A stretch of DNA of 64,000 bases from Leucoraja ocellata (GCA_036785375.1 JAWMAR010000063.1:6200001-6264000); one strand, 5' to 3'. Shown: positions 1-10,376, counted from the stretch's first letter. Program-made: numbers and translations. Notes: generated from the letters alone by a model not told the origin.

Positions 1-83
1 AATTCTCTGCTAGTTAAATACAAATGCATCTTGTAACGTCGCAACCGGAGTACTGGATTCAACAGATTGAAGCCATTCCTGGC

Positions 84-107
84 CAAAATCTTGCTCTAGT
101 ATCTTTG
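84..107. mobile_element. 24-bp P-element-like remnant or footprint
   Basis: CAAAATC...TATCTTTG flanked by perfect 8-bp TSD TTCCTGGC (76-83, 108-115). Confidence 0.6.
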
Positions 108-129
108 TTCCTGGCCACTGAGTGGAGAC

Positions 130-169
130 CAAGGATCATAGATCAGAGATCTCCGCTCTGGTATCTTTG
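130..169. mobile_element. 40-bp P-element-like remnant or footprint
   Basis: CAAGGATC...TATCTTTG flanked by perfect 8-bp TSD GTGGAGAC (122-129, 170-177). Confidence 0.65.
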
Positions 170-180
170 GTGGAGACTGC

Positions 181-204
181 ATCACGTGATTTGAATCATG
201 TGAC
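181..204. promoter_or_regulatory. Tandem CLEAR/M-box E-boxes upstream of PPT1-A
   Basis: ATCACGTGAT (181-190) and TCATGTGAC (196-204), 10-33 nt upstream of the ATG of a lysosomal hydrolase; match MiT/TFE (TFEB/MITF) or USF site consensus. Confidence 0.6.
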
Positions 205-213
205 TTGGGTAAA

Positions 214-334
214 ATGGCTGCGCACGGAGCGAGGTTGTTGCTGCTGCTCTTCTGCTCCGTCCTGGAAACATTATCATGGCAAACAGTCCGCAATAGCACG
301 CAGCCGCCTCCCGTGGTCATTTGGCACGGCATGG
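214..334 (+). CDS. PPT1: PPT1-A exon 1
   Basis: [40 protein letters not shown]; donor G|gtgagt. Confidence 0.92.
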
Positions 335-3300
335 GTGAGTACAAGGAAACAAAATATCAAATATATTGACAATTGAATATATTCAGGAAGTGATTGATCT
401 GATATTTCTGTCCCTCTTTGGTAACAAAATCGTTGATGCTTTATACTGATGTGCAACTCGTAAACAGTTAATTCAGAATTATTTAAAACGTCAATTGGAA
501 CCATTCAGTGTTTGGTGTAGCATTATTCTCCTTGATATGGTCTTGTAGTCTATGGTTATTTGTGATATTTGAAACGTAAATGCATGCATTTTTAGCCTTG
601 TATAAAACTAACTTCCTCGCATCGTCAACAATTCCCATTGCACTGTGTTCAAGCTTTGAGATCACGAAATATAGAAATGAAAGTTGTTAAGGCGCTCCCG
701 GGAAAATGATTCTAAATACGCATTTATTAAAGTTATGCAAATATTTTGTGCCAGAACTTGGAAACATACCGTTGTCTAGTGTTCTACCCTTACTTTTACA
801 TTCTAATGTAACTCATACAGATTTTTAAAAATCAATTGATCACTTTTATGAAAGAAGAAAATTAGTATGCTATTGTTAAGATTTTATATTGTGGTGATTA
901 CTATATTTTTATTATCCTGTACAATTTACTCACTTTAGGTGACAGTTGTTGTAAAGGACGTACCTTGCATTTCATCAAACTGGTGAAAGAAGCAATCCCA
1001 GGAATATATGTCTTGTCTTTGCAAATTGGAAACAGTATTAAGGAGGTGCGTGTGAGAAAAAATGGAATGATAACAACTGAGCCAACTTTTTTAATGTAAT
1101 TTTTTGTGCTCTTAATAATCATGTAACTGTTTTATTTTTTTTAAAAGGTTTGCACAAAAAATGATACTGAACAGAGCTGACATGGATTTATGAAATGAAA
1201 ACCATGTTTGACTATTCTATTGGAATAGTCTATTCTTTTAGGTACATCAAACTAAGTGAAAATGGGGGATGGGGTGTATTTAAATGTTATGCCTTTGACT
1301 CCTTTTTAAAGCATACCTTAAAATCTGCCCTTTAAACTACAGTTTAGGTTGTCCACTCTAATGACTACCTGTATCTTGTCAAATGTTGTTTGGTAACACA
1401 CCTGTGAAGTATTCTGAAACAGTTCATTACGTTAAAGGCACTACATAAGTAAATGATTTGTTGTACTGAATATTGTGGTTATTAGTTGTAATGAAGACCG
1501 CATATTTCTTTAGAAAATAAAACAAAGCGTTGGAAGTACACAATGGATCAGGCAGTATCTGCGGAGGGAATAGACAGATAATGTTTTGAGTCACGACCCT
1601 TCTTCAGACGATCTAAGGTTTTTTTGTGTCTATTTCTTTTAAAGTTGTTTAAAGACCCCTTTTAGCAAGTGGCCCCTAGTGATTTGGTGGCTGTAATGTA
1701 TAATGAGATGGATAAGATTTGGGCTAATTCTTTACCCTACTTTCCTAACCCATTGAATAATGTGACTTTTACATTTTGTTTAATCAATATCATTTGAAAG
1801 TAGATACTGAGTGCATGTAGGTTAAGACTTTTGTTCTCAGACTTAAAAAAAAAACCCAAAACAAATAATGGTGCTAAAAAGTTGAATGTTGCCTGAAATT
1901 ATCCCATAACGCACATTCACTTCTCTTGGTTTAATTTTAGGATAGGGAATAATGCTGAAGATGCTTTCAGGCTGAATATTTGGCAGATAAAACAAGATTT
2001 GTATATCCTCTTATACAGTTCCGTTTTATATTCAATTTCTGCAAATCATGGCTCCACACTGACCATCCCCGACACCCACCAGTTCCACCACCACCACCAC
2101 CACCAAATATGACTACCAATAAGTGTTTTCTTCATGGTTGCTTTGGGTAGTTTTATCGATAGCCCTGTTTTTATTAATCCATATAGTTATTTTTGCAGGT
2201 TTGTGATTGGAGGTAAATGTGGCAAAGACTAATGCTTTTGAATCTTTCATTCATTTTTGCACAAATCTGAGGCATGTCATGGGTGGGTAATGAAAAACAT
2301 AAGCATTCGATTATAAATTCAATTAGTTGGGCTACAACGTAAACCAAGAGTCTGCAACCAGAGAGCAGCTAATGCTATAGTCCAAGGAGTGAAGCTGTGA
2401 ACATATCTATGTGGTTCACCACATAGGTTCATAGTATTTTATTAAGATAAAAATGAAGTGGATGTTGCAAGATTAACACAATTTAGACATACTGAATTAT
2501 TATGTTAATTATTAAATGATTAAGAATTAAACTGCCAAGTTTCAAAAATCTAAAACACATTCTAGATGTATTGTTAATTATACAGTTCCTCAAAGCTGAT
2601 GTGTATTAGGAATCTTTCTTTTTAGGACATTAAGAACAGTTACTTCATGAATGTAAATGATCAAGTAGAGTTGGTGTGTAATATATTATCCAAGGATAGG
2701 AAGCTGAAGAATGGATACAATGCAATGGGCTTCTCTCAAGGTGGCCAGTTTATGTAAGTGTGACCAATAGGACCATTGCATTGGGGAAAAAAATGTCATT
2801 TGTAGAACGTATTCACATTCCAAAGTATTTTGCAGCCAATTAGAACAGTTTTGTAAAATATAGTCAAATAAGGGGTATTTTATAGTTGGCTGCTCAGTTG
2901 GCAGATGGAATTCTCTCATCAATGATTCTGTATCCATTACAGAAGAGCTGTAGCACAGAGGTGCCCTTCTCCACCTATGATTAATCTTATCACATTTGGA
3001 AGTCAACATCAAGGTAACATTTAAAGTTCATTGTACTATTTGTTCCATTTTTTTCTATTGTAAGGACTTATCTGCCAAGCTACACTGACTTCCCACACTC
3101 TACAATGCCCACGCCATTCTGCTTCCTAAACCGTTCTCGTATTTCAGATCAGATTCAATTTAATTGTCATTGTCAGTGTTCAGTACAGAGACAACAAAAT
3201 GCATTACCAACATATTTACCATTACCATCTCTCAAAAGCTACTGCAGGAAGCAGAAACTAAGGTGCATTATTGTGAAATTGGTAATAGTGTTCTAACGTT

Positions 3301-6300
3301 AACTTCAGTAAATCCATTCAGCAAGTTAATTTGGAGAAGCAACCTTCTTGAAATTTCCTTCAATTGAGATCAATCACTGCACAGAAACTGCATGCACACC
3401 AATGATGCACTCTAATCAAGAATGTTATCTCTATTTGTTCTATCGCTCCAAATTTGTCATGCCATTTGAACGCAGACTACTAAATTTAAAATGAAACAAA
3501 TAGTTAGATGAAGCATAAGGTCATATGGTAGTACAGAAGGAAAACAGGCCATTTGGCCCAACTCTGCCATGGCGACCATTGCACACCCTTCCATATTAAT
3601 CCCTTCTCCAGCACTTGGCACTCCAACCTTTTGTCCAAGCAATTTCAAGTCCTCATCAAGGGACTCTGCTTCATCCACTCTCGCAGGTAGTGCACACCAG
3701 CAGGCAAGATGAGTTAGAACCAATCTGGAACCAAACATGCAATCATTACCGCAAATCATATTGAATGTACCAAAAGCCTGAACCTGCAGATTTCACATTG
3801 TATCAACATTTTTATTAACACGGAGAAAAAATTCAGATCTTTAGATTAGATTATTTTATCTCTTGCACCTGTCTAGCCCCCCCCCCCCCCCCCCCCCCCC
3901 TTTCCACCTTCATTTTCATCACTAGGGGTGTATGGTGTTGATGGTGTATTGCATCAACTTTTTTATGAACAACGAAAACAATTCTGATCTTTCATTTAGA
4001 TTAAGTTATCATTCTATCTTTTGCACCTGTCTCTCCCCACCTTTCATTTCCACCATGAGGTGTGTACGGATTACCCCGCTGTCCTGGAGAAACTTCTCAA
4101 TTCTGTGATTGGATAAGGAAATTGCTGAACGTTGGTGCTTACAGAAACTCCATTCAAAAGCAGTGAGTACCAACACTTGTATTTGAAGACACTTCCATCT
4201 TGCACTTATTTCATGAATTGCCTGACTAGTCAAAATTAAGGCAAAATTGAATCAGTAAATATATTTTTGTGCACATATGCCCTTGTCTTTTCCAGTGGGT
4301 TTTTTAGAGAATCGCTGCAGGTTTCTCTTCTGGAACGTCACCTTTTCTAAACTACAGTTTTGGTTATATACTCTAACTTCGTGTATCTTTAGTTTAGAGA
4401 TACGGCACATAAACAGCCCCTTCTGCCACCGAGTCCTTGCCGATCTTCGATCACCTGTCAACACTAGTTCTGTTATCTCACTTTGATGCCTTTGATGTGT
4501 ATCTTTCCTTCAATTTGAAATTACTTTCTTACTAGTTTGGTGCAGGCAGAATACTGGCATGATCCTCTGAATGAAGAACTTTACAGGAGCAAAAGTGTTT
4601 TCTTGGCAGACATTAATCAAGAAAGGGTATGTGGTCAATATTATTTAATTATTTTGCTTCACGTTGGAAATTCCAAGTAGTGAACTCCATCCATTAAATG
4701 TATCCAGCCACCATTACGAATCACTTTGTATCTAATCATTTTTGTCCAGCACTGCGTTCCCTTTTGTATCACAGACTATCAATTTTGCTGCTGGTGTTGA
4801 GCATTGTTATATAGTGGCAACTGAGTTTCAATATGCAGAATAGATATCAGATGATATTTTAATCTGTGGTTTAAATGTTCCTTTGGGAATGTAACAGCCA
4901 CCAATATTGTGTTGCAGGGCATCAATGAAAGCTATAAGGAAAATCTGAAATTAAACAAGTTTGTAATGATAAAATTCTTGAAGGATTCTATGGTTGACCC
5001 TATTGATTCAGAGGTGAGAATGCAATGTTTTGATTCTGTATATTTAATGGTACTTTTTGGTATTAATAGTTGCAGTTTTATAAAGTTCTATAAAATGCTG
5101 CTTTTAGGACTTTCTTGTTCATATGGATATAGCTGTAATATCAGCTACACTTCTTCCCATCTGCATGAGCATCTAAATCTACTATCTGCTCCCTTATTTT
5201 ATTTTTTTTGGACTATAGTTTATGTGGAATAAATGGGTAATTGACAGAGAAGGAAACTCATGACCTAAAGCCCTATTGTCTCTCCAGTTACGGAAAGCTC
5301 GGCCATCTCCTCCAGCCTGGAGAGGGACCGGAGAGAGAGACATGATCTCTTGTAGTCCACAATACTCTTGCCTGTATCCTTGGTAGCTTAGGACAGCGTT
5401 GAGAATCTGTTCAGTTAAGAACTGATTTAATCAGAACAACAAAGTTGGTTATTTCCGGATAAAGTTACTAGGAAATCTAACAAGCATAAGGATTGATGGT
5501 AGTTCAGAATTCAGCAACAACAAACCAATATATTGATTAAGAAAGGTGGAAAATTCATATTAGAGTAATTTCACTTCCCATGGAGGTAGTGAAATGACAG
5601 TTTGTCAGACTGATTCTTGGGATGGATGAACTGTCATATTTAAAAAAAGGTTGGGTTCTTTCCACCTGAGTATTGAGTGAAGATCCTAATTTCTACTCCT
5701 ACTCTTAATTGTCTGCAGGCTCTTAAGTTCCTGTTAAAATGAAACTAAACATTTTAAAATAATTGTTTCAAAATTCAAGCAACATCACAAGCTGTACAGT
5801 GCTTTATATGACACAAAATGATTCATTCTGAATTCTGTTCCAGTGGTTTGGTTTCTATAAAGCTGGCCAGGCCAAGGACACATACACCTTGCAAGAGAGT
5901 GCTCTTTATCAGGAGGTAAAATTTAATTTTATTTGTAATTTCCCTTTTTCTATAATATACAAAGTTAATTGTTAATTGATATGATTTGTTGCTGTCAAAG
6001 CCACAATTTAATACTCTCTGTGCTGAGCCATCATTTTGATTTATTTCATTCTTTGGAGCAGAAATTTGATTTTGAGTGCTACAATTTATGACTTGGCAGT
6101 GAGTAAGGAACAATGACATGTTTCAGAAGTGTCTGACTTGGTGAATTTGCATCTGGTGGCATTCCCATGTGTGTGCTACCTATGCCCTTCCAAGTGGTAA
6201 AGATCTCAAATTTTGATGTTGAAATGTAAGATGATGTGCCAGAGGAAGGGAGAGTGAATATTTAAAGTAATGACTAGGGTTCCCATCAAGTAGGGTGCTT

Positions 6301-6930
6301 TGACCTGGATGATGGTTTGCAACACGTTCATCTAGGCTGCGGAATGTGTTTCAGTAACTCTTGGCGTCTGACTTGCTCAGTTGGCCAGAGTATTTAGGAT
6401 GGGTCAAATGAAGATTATGGGATGTGGCAATGCTAATACGCAGGTCTAAAACACTGCTGTTTTTCTGCACCCCCCATTTCAATTGTAATATTCTGATAGG
6501 AGTATAGCCAATCAGACTAGTTGTACCAAAATTTGGCTAGATTGGGTCCAGATTCAGTTGTTGGCGTGCACTATATTTCATGATCTCAACTGAAGAAATG
6601 GTGAGGTGGTCAGCTTACCTGCTTAGATCATTGTTTAGCAACCACTGGTGGAAATGCCAGTTGTGCAAGAATATTTATGGCTTGGATAAAACAGAACCTT
6701 TGGGAGGCAGGAATGGTAGTCAGATGAGCAATTTACCAGGAGCCACCAAAACCCCAAGAAATGAGTCTTGAATAGAAAATCAGTGAAAATATTTATTTTG
6801 TTTCCAGGATCGATTGGGGTTGAAGGCAATGGACAAACTGAACAAACTGGAATTTCTAAGCGTGGATGGAGATCACCTTGAATTCTCACAGGAATGGTTC
6901 ATCACCCATATAGTTCCTTACCTAAACTGA
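214..6930 (+). CDS. PPT1: Palmitoyl-protein thioesterase 1, copy A (divergent tandem paralog), 9 coding exons, 912 nt, 303 aa
   Basis: Exons 214-334, 939-1045, 2626-2753, 2943-3013, 4060-4162, 4536-4626, 4918-5013, 5844-5915, 6808-6930 join in frame through GT..AG introns. Signal-peptide-like N-terminus ([15 protein letters not shown]), [12 protein letters not shown], nucleophile GFSQGG, catalytic Asp (FLKDS) and His (GDHL). Exon sizes follow the vertebrate PPT1 pattern. Confidence 0.95.
939..1045 (+). CDS. PPT1: PPT1-A exon 2
   Basis: tttag| (G)[35 protein letters not shown] |gtgcgt. Confidence 0.92.
2626..2753 (+). CDS. PPT1: PPT1-A exon 3 (catalytic Ser)
   Basis: [42 protein letters not shown]; tag| and |gtaagt. 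Confidence 0.95.
2943..3013 (+). CDS. PPT1: PPT1-A exon 4
   Basis: [23 protein letters not shown]; cag| and |gtaaca. Confidence 0.95.
3800..4070 (+). repeat. Diverged tandem duplication (~135-150 bp unit) of the PPT1-A exon 5 acceptor region
   Basis: atcaac..gatcttt..ttagatta..ttgcacctgtct..ccacctt(t)cattt..AG|G(G/T)GTGTA(T/C)GG occurs twice (acceptors ending 3925 and 4059). Confidence 0.8.
4060..4162 (+). CDS. PPT1: PPT1-A exon 5
   Basis: [33 protein letters not shown]; weak gag| acceptor, |gtgagt donor. Confidence 0.9.
4536..4626 (+). CDS. PPT1: PPT1-A exon 6
   Basis: [30 protein letters not shown]; tag| and |gtatgt. Confidence 0.95.
4918..5013 (+). CDS. PPT1: PPT1-A exon 7 (catalytic Asp)
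   Basis: [32 protein letters not shown]; cag| and |gtgaga. Confidence 0.95.
5844..5915 (+). CDS. PPT1: PPT1-A exon 8
   Basis: [24 protein letters not shown]; cag| and |gtaaaa. Confidence 0.95.
6808..6930 (+). CDS. PPT1: PPT1-A exon 9 (catalytic His, stop)
   Basis: [40 protein letters not shown]. Confidence 0.95.
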   Translation, partial: DRLGLKAMDKLNKLEFLSVDGDHLEFSQEWFITHIVPYLN

Positions 6931-7559
6931 TCTTGTTAATGCTGCAGCAGATGAACAAATCAATTTGACCTAAATCAAAGCATCTATTTCCTTGCAATAT
7001 AAATTCTATAAATACTAATTCACTCAAAATATAATTAAGTTCAAACATAAATCATCCTTGTGACCATTCTACAAAGACAGTACCTTTTTTGTATAAAGGG
7101 GATCAATTCTGTACACAGCTTCCTTATAAGATGTGAGGTTTGTCTTGAACCTTTATTTTATAATGTAAAAATCACACCTAAGACAATTTGATTGACATAC
7201 CACAGCCCCATGAAAACCATTCTTCATCTTATCTGTTTGTCCAAGTCCATTCATTTCTGTGTCAGTGAATTGGTCCACTGAAGGAAAGGTCAGCCTGTTC
7301 AAAGATTTGACCATCGTCTCACACAGATGGTTTGATGGGAAATACTCCGTGTTTCTAAACAGTTTGAAAAGCTGCTGAATCGGTTTCTGTTCAGCAATGA
7401 CTTGAATATTAACATTTCTAAAGGCTCGATAATTAATCCAGAGTTACTAGGTGCTATTTCTGTGGATTTGTAAGTTCTATAGCTTGCTAAACCACAGGTT
7501 CAGAGGAAGTTCCCAGTTCCTTAAACTGGTTTCCATTTGAAAAGTTCATTTAAAAAAAC

Positions 7560-7872
7560 CTTTGAGTGGGCTGCAACCCCTGCTTTCCCTCTCTCCGTCC
7601 CTCCCCTACCCTAGTTTCACTGTCCTCCTGATTAATTTTACTGTTGTATGCCTCGTCACCGACCCCACAGTGAACAATGAACCATTCTACATTTCCCTAA
7701 TCATCGTCTGCTTTGATCTGTCATATTCGTACCTTTCCCTTCGTTATGTCTAGTTTCCCTCCCCTGACTCTCAGTTTGAAGAAGGGTCTTGACCTGAAAC
7801 ACCACCCATTCCTTCTCTCCAGAGATGCTCCCTGTTCTGCTGAGTTACTCCAGCATTTTGTGTCTATCTTTG
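7560..7872 (+). mobile_element. Penelope-derived terminal repeat fragment in the PPT1-A 3' region
   Basis: Shares gaagaagggtct..gacc.gaaac..cccattccttctctccagagatgct..gagttactccagcattttgtgtct with many copies in the window. Confidence 0.7.
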
Positions 7873-8579
7873 CTGAGTATGAAGCTTGGTGACAAGACCA
7901 CAAAATCAGAACAGATTTTGAACTCTTTAATATTGGGTTTATGTGAAATGTTACTTACTTTTCTTAAATGGCAGTGTACATTAACATTTGCTATATACTA
8001 CTGAGATACCAATTACTAATTGGAAATAATGCAAATTTTGCATCTGAAATGTTGTGAACATTATGTACAATAAATTATAAAACGTGCATAAAATGCTGAA
8101 ATGGCCACAATTTTCTGTTAAGGTGTTGCATAGTGATTAGTAATGTTTTAAATTTTGAAATTGCGTTCTCATTTTTAAGATTAATGTTTTCAAAAGCTCC
8201 ACTGCATTTCAAAAAGACCACATAAAGCATGCATGTACATTTTCATTTTTTTCCTACTGTTGTATTAAATAAAATTCCACTTACATTTTGAAACTCATCT
8301 GCCTTTGTTTATTCAAACCACAATGTGGAATTATTTTATAGACACTTCTAACTCCTAGAATAAAGGTTTGCAGGTGTGGTGGGACCGAGAGACCAATAAA
8401 AAGTATGCACTTTTTAATTAAGCTGCTTTTTGGTAGCAAGAATACAATGTGGCAATATAAACTTAACATTGCTATCTTAACATGGATTCCATCTAGCTAT
8501 TTCCATTTTCATTTCATATTTTTGTTTCTACTGGGAACAAATGCATTGGAAAAGCCACCTGTGTGTAAATATATGTGAA

Positions 8580-8925
8580 ATAGATAGAATGTGGGATTGG
8601 GTGAATGCACAGTCTTTACCCAGTCATGGTATCAAAATCAGAGGACCGGTTTAAGGTGAGAAGGGAAAGATTTAATAGGCTTTAAAGGAAACCTGAGGGG
8701 AAACTTTTTTTATACAGAAGGTGGTGGATATATGGAACAAGCTGCCAGGGGAGGTGGTTGAGATAGGAACTGTAACAACATTTCAAAGACATCTGGACAG
8801 GTAAATGAATAGGAAAGATTTCGAGGGATATGGGCAAACACAGACTGGTGGGACATGTAGATGGGGCAACTGGGTTGACAAGGGCAAGTTGGGCCAAAGG
8901 ACCAGATTCTGTGCTGTATGACTAA
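8580..8925 (+). mobile_element. CR1-type (HER1-like) LINE 3' fragment
   Basis: ..tggaacaagctgccag..gtggttgag..acatttcaaagacatctggacag..gagggatatgggc tail, also at 13670-13935 and 29610-30065. Confidence 0.7.
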
Positions 8926-9717
8926 ATTGCCTAATAAGCATATGAGGAGAATCTGCAAGATAATGTTAAGATATGTATTCCTTTTCTCCAGCGATGCTGC
9001 CTGACATGCTGAATTACTCCAGCATTTTGAGTCTTATCACGTCAGCTTTTTGTGAATGTCATTGTTCAGCATCGCCCTTTCTGGTTAATTATTTCGCCGG
9101 TCATCCCGAGCCAACAAGCTACCAGAGATGCTGGAGTAACTCAGCAAGTCAGACAGCATCTCTGGAGAATCCCCTTGCATCTCTTCTCTCTCTGTCCATC
9201 CTTCCCCAACCCATTGTACTAGTATCACTGTTGTCCTGGTGAGTTTCATTGTATGTATAACTCATTTTCACCTAGCCCACAGCTAAAAATACACTGTTTC
9301 CTTTACCATGTTTAAGAAAGAACTGCAGATACTGGAAAAATTGAAGTAGACAAAAATGCTGGAAAAATTCAGCGGGTGAGGCAGCATCTATGGAGCGAAG
9401 GAAGAGGTGACATTCCGGGTCGAGACCCTTCAGACGTTTGTGGGGGTGGGGCGGGAAGAAGAAAGGAAGAGGTGGAGACTGGGAGAGCTGGGGAGGGGAA
9501 AGAGGGAGAAAGCAAGGACTACCTGAAATTGGAGGTCAATGTTCATAACGCTGGGGTGTAAAATACCCAAACAAAATATGAGGTGCTGCTCCTCCAATTT
9601 GCAGTGGGACTCACTCTGGCCATGGAGGAGGCCCAGGACAGAAAGGTCGGATTTGGAATGGAAGGGGGAGTTGAAGTGCTGAGCCACCGGGAGATCAGGT
9701 TGGTTATTGTGGACTGA

Positions 9718-9830
9718 TTTGGGGAAACTATTGAATGTATGTACAGCCTCCGAGAATGTCGGATGGAATTTTGTATGGATCTTGTATATAATTATTTCTC
9801 GTATAAAGTATATTTTGAAATTTAAAAAAA
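9718..9830 (+). mobile_element. 5'-truncated non-LTR retrotransposon tail (L1/Tx1-like) nested in the Penelope fragment
   Basis: Perfect 15-bp TSD GTTATTGTGGACTGA (9703-9717, 9831-9845); ends ATAAAGTATATTTTG...A-tail. Confidence 0.7.
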
Positions 9831-9952
9831 GTTATTGTGGACTGAGCAGCGGTGTTGGGCGAAGCGATCGCCAAGCCTAGAGCAGCTGACACCTAGAGCA
9901 GCGATGCAGTAAATGAGGTTGGAGGAGGTGCAGGTGAACCCCAGCCGCACCT

Positions 9953-10094
9953 TCTTCTTTGTCTTGCGCATGCCGTGCACAGCCTAAAGTTGGAGGACAA
10001 CTTGTTCTATTTGATCTTATTTGTTTGTGCACACCGGGTTGATTGCATTTGCCGAAACAGGGCGGACCACGTGAAGGTTGCAATCTCCCACCCC
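9953..10094 (-). mobile_element. Short non-autonomous retroposon with 5' HDV-like ribozyme and GAA-rich tail
   Basis: TSD GCCGCACCT (9944-9952, 10099-10107; extends to 13 bp with 2 mismatches); minus-strand 3' end ...CGCAAGACAAAGAAGA. Confidence 0.75.
10041..10094 (-). ncRNA. Minimal HDV/CPEB3-like self-cleaving ribozyme (predicted)
   Basis: P1 GGGGUGG/CCGCCCU (G1.U wobble), P2 GAUUGCA/UGCAAUC, P3 ACC/GGU, L3 UUCACGU, reduced P4 GU-UUCG-G, J4/2 CAAA. Confidence 0.78.
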
Positions 10095-10376
10095 ACCTGC
10101 CGCACCTGGAAAGACTAGTTAGGTCCTTGGATGGAGTCAAGTGGGGAGGTGAAGCGACAGGTGTAGCATTTCCTGCGGTTGCAAGGGAAAGTACCAGGGG
10201 AGGGGGTGGTTTGGGACGGAATTGACCAGGGAGCGGTCTCTGCAGATCATCGTTAATTTTATGCACATCTCTCATTCATTTGATCTATATCTCTATTTAT
10301 CACCGTCTATATCTCTAGTTTCCCTTTCCCCTGAATCTCAATCTGCCTGTCCCACTGCGTTTCCAGAGACGCTGCC

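Larger units (their letters stand above)
9311..10232 (-). mobile_element. Penelope-like retroelement 3' fragment (GIY-YIG endonuclease C-terminus plus terminal repeat), interrupted by two insertions
   Basis: ORF 9430-9687 HFNSPFHS...SVLGLLH...KLEEQHLIFCLGILHP..MN is typical of the Penelope GIY-YIG C-terminus; frameshifted. Confidence 0.8.

Noticed and set aside
3877-3900. Long C/G homopolymers (also 36135-36162 and 46215-46228)
   Set aside because: Simple repeats whose lengths are error-prone in assemblies; no independent evidence of function.
214-6930. PPT1-A as a pseudogene or a false (haplotig) duplication
   Set aside because: The frame, splice sites and catalytic triad are intact, both indels are multiples of 3, exon 6 differences are all synonymous, and the introns are unrelated to those of copy B.
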